A DNA stretch of 62,014 nucleotides, the filler included, from Sanchytrium tribonematis (lineage: Eukaryota): NCBI GenBank assembly GCA_018985235.1. It is 7 parts of 7 records of this genome, joined end to end, with 100 filler letters (N's around TTAATTAATTAA, not from the genome) between each part and the next. Parts side by side here need not be neighbours in the genome. Positions count along the whole stretch, not along the records: positions 50,878 to 56,400 come from JADGIG010000598.1; positions 56,501 to 62,014 come from JADGIG010000599.1; 5 more parts are not named here. One strand, given 5' to 3'. Positions 53,900 through 62,014 of the stretch are shown here, piece by piece (the first letter of the stretch is position 1; each line of letters opens with the position of its first letter). The translations under genes and the position numbers were made by a program. The notes under the pieces are model-generated. The model saw only the letters and a program-made list of their open reading frames with translations. It made no database searches and had not been told where the DNA came from.

Positions 53900-55915
53900 T
53901 TATTTTCTGTTGTATATATAATCAGCAGCTTTAACTACTTGGCCCATTTCCTTGACATCATGAACTCGCACAAACTTACAGCCATTTTCAATACAGACTG
54001 TAACTACCGCAGCTGCACCCATAACTCGGTCCTTTGCCACAGGCTCACCGACCATATTTCCTATGAATGATTTGCGACTAGGACCCATAAGAACTGGAAA
54101 GGTCTTGAATAAATTTTTACAATATGGTAATTCTGAATGTGAAAAATCGCTGGGGTCGTCACAAGTAGCTTTTAGTTTAATTAAGTCAATATTTTGCTCT
54201 ATATTTTTAGCAAATCCTAATCCAGGATCGACAATGATGAGCCATCTCGGAATACCTTGCTGAAGTGCCATTCGTACCTTTTTGCTTAGTTCATGCTGCA
54301 CATCATTAACAGTATGAGAATAGTTTGTCAACTTGGTCATCGTCTCTGGAGTTCCCCGCATGTGCATCATAACAAAAGGAACCTTATACTTACGAATTAC
54401 GGAAAACATATTAGGATCCCTTCCAGCAGTAACGTCGTTTATCATGGAAGCCCCGTGAAGAATAGCCTGTTCAGCTACTTTAGATCTGTATGTATCTACA
54501 GATACAATGACATCATTAACATTTTTCAACACTGGAATCACTCTATCTAGTTCCTCATTTTCAGTGACTTCCACAGCTCCAGGCCGTGTGGATTGCCCTC
54601 CAATATCAATGATGTCCGCTCCTTGATTCTTCATTTCTAATATCCTGGATTGTGCTAGATCTGGGGAAGCGTATTCATTGCCGTCAGAAAAGCTGTCTGG
54701 AGTTACATTTAAAATGCCCATGATTCTAGTTTTATCAAAATTCCAAGTCTTATTATTAATTGGGACCACCCTATTACAAGTTGATTTAGATGACTGCAAA
54801 AGTAATTGAAGTAGTTTCTCCTGGCTCCGCTTTATTACAGGATGTACAAAATGAGGTGCAATATCGTTCATGGGTTGGAGAACAAATTCTCTTTCTTGAA
54901 TGCCTCTATGAGGTATGATTAAATCTTCTGATTCAAAAATGAGGTCATTGTAATAAATGATATCAATGTCAATTGGTCTTGGACCATTGACAATGTACTT
55001 TTCAAAACGTCCCATATTAGTTTCTATTGATTTCAGATATTTTAAAAGGTTTTTCGGTGCCAAAGACGTATTAATTTTGACTACACAGTTCAAGAAATTA
55101 GGCTGATCTGTTTTATACATGGGTAAACTTTCATACAAAAATGAAGAATCCAGTAGCGAGCATTCGGATTGCAAAAAATCCAAAGCTTTATGAATATTTT
55201 CTCTCGCATTTATATTGCTCCCGAGACTCAAAAACACAATGTTGGGAGAATCATGCGATGGTCTGATTTCTTTGTACCAGTCCAGTTGTCTAGTTGAAAT
55301 TACTCTAGCTGAATTTGCAAATCCGAATGCAAGAGGTTTATCAATTGTGATTTTAACCTGTCGAAACAAATGACAATCAAATACCGCCTGTAGCAAATGA
55401 ATGTTTAAAGCTTCAATCGTTTTAAACGATGCAATTTTGGCCCTATTTCTCACTTCTTTACAAATTAAACGATAATTGACTTTCGTTGGCCCTGATTTCA
55501 TTTCCAAATGAATCAAAATGGGCTGTAATGACAATCTTTCATGCGGATTGACACCGACAATCGTCTCGACTTGTAAAGCCCTAATACTGTAAATATACTC
55601 ATTCATTTTTTTCTCTAGTTTAATTGAACCCGTAAACAGAGCTCCTTTTGGTAGTTCGACTACTATTTCGCCTCCAAATTGACTTAAAAAATCAACCAGT
55701 GATTCAACATCATCAAATTCTGTGTCAATATTAGCGATTTGCTTTTGTAATTTTGTATAGTCCAAAGTGTGATGGATGTCATCTGATTTAGAAACTTTTT
55801 CGAAGTTATGCGAATTAGAAATTGTTATCATTATATCTTGTGGTTTCTTCCTTTCCCACAGATCTACGCCAACAATTAAAGGTACACGTAACTGATGTAC
55901 AACAATTTCATCCAT
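53900..55915 (-). CDS. FOL1: Trifunctional folate synthesis protein (DHNA x2, HPPK, DHPS)
   Basis: IVGV...ER DHNA repeats; LSLGSN, GPRPIDIDI and PHRGIQEREFVL (HPPK); MGILNVTPDSFSDG, DPGLGF, SRKSF and RVHDV (DHPS). Confidence 0.96.
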   Translation of the reverse strand: MDEIVVHQLRVPLIVGVDLWERKKPQDIMITISNSHNFEKVSKSDDIHHTLDYTKLQKQIANIDTEFDDVESLVDFLSQFGGEIVVELPKGALFTGSIKLEKKMNEYIYSIRALQVETIVGVNPHERLSLQPILIHLEMKSGPTKVNYRLICKEVRNRAKIASFKTIEALNIHLLQAVFDCHLFRQVKITIDKPLAFGFANSARVISTRQLDWYKEIRPSHDSPNIVFLSLGSNINARENIHKALDFLQSECSLLDSSFLYESLPMYKTDQPNFLNCVVKINTSLAPKNLLKYLKSIETNMGRFEKYIVNGPRPIDIDIIYYNDLIFESEDLIIPHRGIQEREFVLQPMNDIAPHFVHPVIKRSQEKLLQLLLQSSKSTCNRVVPINNKTWNFDKTRIMGILNVTPDSFSDGNEYASPDLAQSRILEMKNQGADIIDIGGQSTRPGAVEVTENEELDRVIPVLKNVNDVIVSVDTYRSKVAEQAILHGASMINDVTAGRDPNMFSVIRKYKVPFVMMHMRGTPETMTKLTNYSHTVNDVQHELSKKVRMALQQGIPRWLIIVDPGLGFAKNIEQNIDLIKLKATCDDPSDFSHSELPYCKNLFKTFPVLMGPSRKSFIGNMVGEPVAKDRVMGAAAVVTVCIENGCKFVRVHDVKEMGQVVKAADYIYNRK

Positions 55916-55938
55916 GTTTCGAAATAGGGTGGTTAAAT

Positions 55939-56400
55939 TTATTTACTTTCATCCTTTGCAATTTTAGGAAGCCAAAAGGATAGAGTATTATCCGAGCATG
56001 TAGTCAGTACTTCATACCTATGATTGAATGCAATGCATTGAACCTGGGTAACGGAATCACTCTCTAGCAGAGCCACAGGTTCATCAACTTTAGGATCATA
56101 TATTTGCACAACGCCATCTCCACTTCCTGCTACGATATACTTTCCACAGGGTGTCCAATCGGCTTGATAACCACCTAATGTACCTTTGACAGGTGTAAAA
56201 CCGCTCACCTCTGCAACCAAAGTACCTTCAAAAGCGTCGAAAACAAGATGCCTGTAATCGTTTGTAACTGCTAATATTTGTTTTCCACTCAAATTAAACT
56301 TTAATCGTTGAATTTTATAGTCTCCTGGGACATGTCCTAATGATTTGCTTTTAATTGATGTTTCTAAAAAAGGACCATTTTGATAATTGCGAATGTCAAA
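55939..56400 (-). CDS. 3' fragment of a WD40 protein (Swd2/WDR82-like)
   Basis: FDIRNY..GPF, DAFEG, WTPCGKYIVAGSGDG and terminal LSFWLP. Confidence 0.75.
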   Translation of the reverse strand, partial: FDIRNYQNGPFLETSIKSKSLGHVPGDYKIQRLKFNLSGKQILAVTNDYRHLVFDAFEGTLVAEVSGFTPVKGTLGGYQADWTPCGKYIVAGSGDGVVQIYDPKVDEPVALLESDSVTQVQCIAFNHRYEVLTTCSDNTLSFWLPKIAKDESK

Positions 56401-56500
56401 NNNNNNNNNNNNNNNNNNNNNNNNNNNNNNNNNNNNNNNNNNNNTTAATTAATTAANNNNNNNNNNNNNNNNNNNNNNNNNNNNNNNNNNNNNNNNNNNN
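56401..56500. other. Artificial contig linker
   Basis: N44-TTAATTAATTAA-N44. Confidence 0.98.
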
Positions 56501-56919
56501 GGCATCGATCTATCTACTTGGAAATCAAATCTTAGTTCTAAACCTTTCATTTTCCATTTATCTGACCATCTACCTTCCATGAGTGGCATCATCCAGGCAC
56601 CTTTTTCTAATGGACCACTTAAGGTGATACTTTTTGAGTCCACCAAATATGTGGCGCCTTCCTTCCTTTTTCTTTGCTTTTTTTCAGTTTCAATTGATTT
56701 TTTAGGATTATTGGAAGAACTGAATACCTGATATAATTTATGTGCATTTTCTGTTAAGGAATCGACTCTTAAAGCGTATATTTGAACACAATTATCAAGC
56801 GTATTTGTAGCTGAATTAAAATTAACCATCTCACCTTTGACCTCCTCACTAAACTCATCAATCCGATTCGTTGCCCAGCTAGTTTGAATATTCAATTTGG
56901 TTTGTGTGTTCAATCGCAT
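56501..56919 (-). CDS. 5' fragment of condensin kleisin (Brn1/CAP-H-like); start uncertain
   Basis: KLNIQTSW...ID and NFNSATNTLDNCVQIYALRVDSL match the barren N-terminal motif. Confidence 0.78.
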
Positions 56920-57287
56920 CTCCTTTGTCACGAAAATTTTAAAGATAAAATTGTTACGTTTTGTCTGTACGACATGGTTCCGCAAATGGATTTGGCGATT
57001 GAATTAGATTCCATTCATAAGCATTTGCTCACACTTGATACTGCAGAGTCCCGTGATCTTGTTCATGACCAAAAACAAGTTATATTAAATTTATTAGCGA
57101 CCTGCAATAAATTTGTAGCTAAAATTTAAATTTGGGAAATAAAAATATTAAATCTGATTCTTTAAAATTTGGATCAACCAAAACCTGCTGAATATCATTT
57201 TGGGACTTGAATTCACTCATGATTAAAATATTTTAGCAAAATATGGATAATTATGTCATGAGCAATCAGTCTCAATTTTCACCGGTA

Positions 57288-59717
57288 TTAATCCCACTGA
57301 GCATTTCCCAAGTTCTTTAAACGATCAAATTCTCTTTCCAATATAGCTGAATAATTAATCTCAATCTTAATAAATTCAGATGTAGATATCACTTGACTGG
57401 CCATTCCTCTTTTTTCAATTGTTTTCAACTCGACATCATCTTCGATAGAATTGCTGCATATAAAATAGTATACAAACACAGGCTTAGTTTGTCCAATTCT
57501 ATAGCATCTATCAACTGCTTGGTCGCAAACAAAAGGGTTGTACCACAAATCAGCAATGATGACAAAATTTGCACATGTCAAATTTAACCCTGTGCCTAAG
57601 CCCAAAGTGATGAGCATTATCTGGTAATTGTTGGAAGTACTCTTAAACAACTCAATCTGAGTAGCTCTTTCTTCTTTTGAAAGTTGACCATGTAGCATAA
57701 CAGTTTTATATCCTTTTTCGTTTAAATGATATTCATAGATATCAAGCATTGATTTCCATTGACTAAACAAAACACACTTGTTTTCACCAACATCTGTTCT
57801 GATAAGATTTAAAACTGATCTAACTTTTTCGCTATCAGGTAAATCCGACAAATCTACTGTTGATGCTTGAGAATTCCCATCTTCAAGATTGTTGTTATTT
57901 AAATCTTCAAATAAAAAGTCATCGGGAACATATTCTTCTGGCATTAAAAGGTGATCAGCTGGCTCCTTACAGCTGAGACAGCGTTTTTCGCCATCCAATT
58001 TGACAAATGAGCACTTCGTACAAAATATAGATTTGCAATAGTAACAAATGCAAGGTTCTGGATTGAACTCCCTACTACACTGCGGACAAAACCCGTTGCT
58101 ATTTAAGTCAAGAAAAAATATAAGCGCGTTTTTGTAATTTGAAATCCAAAGCTCATCACTTGTAGGAATCGGCTGTTGGAAGATCTTAATTAAAGTGCAA
58201 ACCCTATCTTTGTTTGACAAGGTATAATGATTACAGCATTGTCTTAATCTGAGTGCTAGTAGCAACATCCAGCCATGATTTTTATAAAAATTAATCTTAT
58301 TCTTTAAATCCAAATATGATGTTAGAATTTCCTTATATGTTTTTAATTCGTTTCCTGAAAGACTAATTCTATTTGTAACAATCGTTTTTGGCGGCAAAGC
58401 GACAATTGGTTTACCATCAATAAGTGTTTCTTTGGTTCGTCTTAAAATATAGCATTGGGAAAACAAATTGCATTTTTGGGGAGAAATAATTTCATTTACG
58501 CCAATGTGATTTTTAAAATTATCTGCATTTTCGAGATAATGCGCTCGAATAAATGTGGTTAAAGCTCTTAAATCGGAAAGGTAATTGTTGATAGGCGTGC
58601 CTGTCAAGGCAATATAGCAATCTGCCTGAATTTTACTTACAGATTCAAAATATGATTTTCCAGCATTTCTGATTTTGTGTGCCTCATCTAAAATGCATCT
58701 CCTGAAATTCCATTGGCTAAAATATTGCGGTCTTTGTTGCACTCTTTCATATGTTGTTATCACCACATCTCGATGCTCTAAACTAGGATTAAATTTCGCG
58801 GATTCACCATATAAAACCATGTAACTCAAAGAATTAGGCATACAGTGCTCATCAATTTGCTCGCTCCAATTATCTATTAATGTTTTGGGACACACAATTA
58901 ACGTTGGACCCGATTTGTACCAATTAGGATTCGTTTCTTTATCTTTTAGAATAAGAGCAATTGTTTGGATAGTTTTCCCAAGACCCATATCATCTGCTAC
59001 AATCATTGATTGAGTAAAATTGGGAGATGTTGTTGCTTTCCTAGTTAACACATTAATATAAGTATCATCGTCTATTTTCTTGTAGAATTGCATAATTCTT
59101 GAAGGATCTGCATCTAAAGCAGCTTTGGGATTCTCACAATCGAACATCCAAGCCAGTGCTTGCTGTTGATGAGGCAAAAGTTTTGATTTTAAATTTAGTG
59201 GAGAAGGCTCTTTTCTATATTTATGAGCATAATCATTGTCCACCTTAAACTCTTTCCAAAATTTGTCAAAGTCGAAATGTACTTTCTTAATTTTTTTGCG
59301 GATTCCACGTTCGGAATTTTCTGGATATTCTTCTTCGCTTTGAGATAGTTTTATTCCGAGTTTCTCTAGCTTTGCTTTTTGCTTGTCTGCTCCATATATT
59401 TGCAACTCAATATCAATATAGTGATTATGCACAAATCCTTTCAAATATGCTTTACAACTGATTTTTGGGTCATCCTTCATAAGCTCTCCCACTAATCTTA
59501 TATACTTATCCTCCAATTGGCCGACTTTTTCCTCGACAAAACATTCAGGTTTTTTCTTTGTAGCTTTAAATTTTCTCATGTAATAAACACTTGGGTATAT
59601 TTCGTCATTCAAGTACTCTAATCTAAGAACAACTTCACAGTTCCGTGTAAAGTTGCTTTTACAAGTTCCTAGAAAAACTTTTGTGTAGTTTTTACCGAGA
59701 AATGATTTACTTGTCAT
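57288..59717 (-). CDS. Rad5/HLTF-like SNF2 ATPase with RING finger
   Basis: ADDMGLGKT, TLIVCP, ILDEAH, LTGTPINN, LRLRQCCNH, RING-like Cys cluster and QAVDRCYRIGQ. Confidence 0.9.
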   Translation of the reverse strand: MTSKSFLGKNYTKVFLGTCKSNFTRNCEVVLRLEYLNDEIYPSVYYMRKFKATKKKPECFVEEKVGQLEDKYIRLVGELMKDDPKISCKAYLKGFVHNHYIDIELQIYGADKQKAKLEKLGIKLSQSEEEYPENSERGIRKKIKKVHFDFDKFWKEFKVDNDYAHKYRKEPSPLNLKSKLLPHQQQALAWMFDCENPKAALDADPSRIMQFYKKIDDDTYINVLTRKATTSPNFTQSMIVADDMGLGKTIQTIALILKDKETNPNWYKSGPTLIVCPKTLIDNWSEQIDEHCMPNSLSYMVLYGESAKFNPSLEHRDVVITTYERVQQRPQYFSQWNFRRCILDEAHKIRNAGKSYFESVSKIQADCYIALTGTPINNYLSDLRALTTFIRAHYLENADNFKNHIGVNEIISPQKCNLFSQCYILRRTKETLIDGKPIVALPPKTIVTNRISLSGNELKTYKEILTSYLDLKNKINFYKNHGWMLLLALRLRQCCNHYTLSNKDRVCTLIKIFQQPIPTSDELWISNYKNALIFFLDLNSNGFCPQCSREFNPEPCICYYCKSIFCTKCSFVKLDGEKRCLSCKEPADHLLMPEEYVPDDFLFEDLNNNNLEDGNSQASTVDLSDLPDSEKVRSVLNLIRTDVGENKCVLFSQWKSMLDIYEYHLNEKGYKTVMLHGQLSKEERATQIELFKSTSNNYQIMLITLGLGTGLNLTCANFVIIADLWYNPFVCDQAVDRCYRIGQTKPVFVYYFICSNSIEDDVELKTIEKRGMASQVISTSEFIKIEINYSAILEREFDRLKNLGNAQWD

Positions 59718-59760
59718 AAAGTAAAAGGAGAATTATATTTTTAATTATAAATCACTATAT

Positions 59761-61321
59761 TTATTTCTGAATTGCTGTCAAGGTGTCAAGATAGCCGACG
59801 GCGACATCTTTGACAACCGACCTATCCGGAATAGTTGCTACTAGTCCATACCTAAGTTAACTGAAATTACATGGCGGCACTTCCTCCTTTGATTCCCTTT
59901 TTACCAGTCTTCTTAAAGTCATTTACGGCTACTTCTAGATCTCTGATAAACTGATCGCCATTAGTTAGATGTGTGCATGCAAAATGTAAAGCATTTGGAT
60001 TCTGCAAAGGGTTGAGGTGCCAACCTTTCGATTTTATAAAATCATTTAACACAAATACATCGTAGCCAGGCATCGAAAATGCAAAGACAGACGTTACTGG
60101 AACTCCAATCAATTCTAGGTCTGGATTTTTTTCTATATAACGTACTATTTTTTGCGTGTTAGTGGCAATTTTATCTATTGCTTCAGTATATCCTCTATTT
60201 CCCAACGAAAGCATTGCTGCCCAACAGCCTGCAATCAATGAGCCAGGTCTTGAGCCTCCAAGTAAGGGTGTAGCATATACACCACCAACCCAGTCTGTAG
60301 TAATATAATATTGATACTTTCTCAAATTTTCATTTTTATACATTATAACTGATGACCCTTTAGGGGCCAAACCGTACTTGTGGGTATCGCAAGAAATCGA
60401 CGTAACTCCTGGTAATCTAAAATCGAATGTAGGGATGGGGTAACCAAGTTTTTCCATGAATGGCAACATAAAAGAGCCCAGGCAGCAATCTACATGGAAG
60501 TAAATATTTTTCTTTAGCGCCAATTCATTCAAAGCATGTATATCGTCCATTGTACCGTAAGGCCAATTGACCGCACTTCCGACGACTAAAATGGTATTTC
60601 TATTCATTGCTTTCTTCACAAGATCTATTCGAACTTGCCCATTTTTGTCACATTCAATTTCAACAAATTTCAAATTAAAATAGTGACAACTTTTTGCGAA
60701 TGCTGCATGGGCTGAAGCTGGCACAATCATCTCAGGATTATTTATTCCTCTAGCTTTGGCAATATCGCGGTAAGCTTTCCCGGCTAGAAGGATACTTTCA
60801 GTGCCACCACTTGTCACACTTCCGCAACCAGTAGAAGAACCATGAAATAAATTTAATACCATGCTAACAATTTCAGATTCCATTTGTCGAACACTCTTAA
60901 ATATTTCTGGATGTAACGGATTAGAGCTATATAAAACTGACATAGCCATTTGAGCGTTATCCATTACATTTTTAATATTGTGGTAAATTGCTCCACTCAT
61001 CAAACCTGTTGTGTAATCTTCGTCATGAGAAATATATTCTTGAAGTCTTTTTTTGATTGAAGCATAATCCATTGGGTCTTCTGGCAATTGATAAATGGGT
61101 TTAATTGGTAGTATAAGATCCTTTCTCAACTCTGTTATGGCTTCAGTAACGGACTTTTTGACCGGATTATTAGGTAACAATTTGATCGATGAAATAAAAA
61201 TTCTAGCAATAGAAGTAAATATTTTTTTAATTATTCCTATCGGACCGTTTTTATAAATTTGGTATAGTAAACATAGTGCTCCATAAATTTGTAAGCCTTG
61301 TAATGCTTTGGCTTGATTCAT
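59761..61321 (-). CDS. DPL1: Sphingosine-1-phosphate lyase, intron 59852-59870
   Basis: SGAIYH, SNPLHP, TSGGTESI, HVDCCLG and SCDTHKYG motifs; splicing restores AAMYG...IPDRSVV. Confidence 0.95.
59852..59870 (-). other. 19-nt spliceosomal intron (GTAATTTCAGTTAACTTAG)
   Basis: Phase-2 intron (AT|G) restoring the conserved C-terminal YG...IPDRS motif. Confidence 0.94.
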
Positions 61322-61371
61322 TAGGTTTCAAGACCTCCCCAATAAATTGTTCTTGTTTGAAAATCTCAGAT

Positions 61372-62014
61372 TTATTTATACTCTGGAATCGAGCAAGCGT
61401 TTTCAGTGAAGTGAGGAACGTGTTTTTTGTCGTAAAAAGAAATAACTTGTTTGGACTTTTTCACGATATTAGCAGTGGTGAAACCAAACTTTTTGTAAAC
61501 ATCCGCTTGCGGTCCAGATGCTCCGAAAGTTGTCATACCATGAGTGGCATTAGCATATCTCTCCCATCCAAGTGGACTACTAGCTTCCACGGATAACACT
61601 GGCACACCAATAGGGAACACACTTGTCTTGTATTCCTTTGATTGCTTTTCAAATAACTCCCAAGATGGAAACGAGACTACCCTGGCGCTGCCCAACTCTT
61701 TTGCGGCATCCATAGCAATTGATACTTCTGTTCCAGTTGCGGCAATAACAATCTTCGGTTCTGCTACATCATGTGCGACATATGCGCCTTTAAGGGCTTT
61801 TTCAATTGAGGAAGTAGGTACTCCAGCAACCGAGTGTCTAGAAAAGCAAAGAACAGTAGGCCCTTGATGTTCCAACGCTGCAATATAACCAGCGCTTGTT
61901 TCGTTTCCATCTGCAGGTCTTACAACTAAAACATTTGGAGTCGATCTGATCAAAGGCAAAATTTCAATAGGTTGATGCGTGGGTCCCTTAGTTAATAAAA
62001 AATACGTCTTCTCC
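61372..62014 (-). CDS. TKL1: Transketolase, 3' part; intron 61987-62005
   Basis: GED|GPTHQPIE after splicing; RPADGNE, KGAYV, ATGTEV, RVVSFPSWELF and FGASGP motifs. Confidence 0.95.
   Translation of the reverse strand, partial: EKTYFLLTKGPTHQPIEILPLIRSTPNVLVVRPADGNETSAGYIAALEHQGPTVLCFSRHSVAGVPTSSIEKALKGAYVAHDVAEPKIVIAATGTEVSIAMDAAKELGSARVVSFPSWELFEKQSKEYKTSVFPIGVPVLSVEASSPLGWERYANATHGMTTFGASGPQADVYKKFGFTTANIVKKSKQVISFYDKKHVPHFTENACSIPEYK
61987..62005 (-). other. 19-nt spliceosomal intron (GTATTTTTTATTAACTAAG)
   Basis: Interrupts the highly conserved transketolase motif GEDGPTHQP. Confidence 0.96.

Noticed and set aside
5603..56500. TTAATTAATTAA flanked by Ns, six times, as a biological repeat or CRISPR-like array
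   Set aside because: Identical 100-nt six-frame-stop linkers used to concatenate contigs. ORFs running into them are truncated artefacts, and synteny across them is not real.
56923..56957. Possible 35-nt GT-AG intron at the 5' end of the condensin gene (would be an exception to 19 nt)
   Set aside because: Adds only 7 unconserved residues and an in-frame ATG exists at 56919; there is no support without cDNA.

Overview
AT-rich, extremely gene-dense eukaryotic DNA in the standard genetic code. It is most consistent with an early-diverging fungus or close relative: it carries a fungal Ste12/SteA, a fused FOL1, Iks1 and mitochondrial OSCP, plus Ena/VASP-, SCAI- and TMEM128-like genes. The window is seven contigs joined by artificial 100-nt N/TTAATTAATTAA linkers, so gene order across linkers is meaningless. 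The main result is the introns. Every intron I can reconstruct from broken proteins (9 of 9 in host genes, plus a 10th candidate in a pseudogene) is a GT-AG intron of exactly 19 nt, with T at position 12 and A at position 14 (-6) in all of them. This points to a fixed-length miniature-intron splicing system. Other notable items: (1) an intact CryptonS-like tyrosine recombinase next to a decayed SSB-like gene and repeated TGGGA-N7-TCCCA sites, lying between two paralogs of an uncharacterised secreted family; (2) a microsporidia-like AAATTT plus CCC/GGG signature just upstream of many start codons; (3) intergenic gaps down to 2 bp. All protein calls come from motif recognition by eye, with no database searches.
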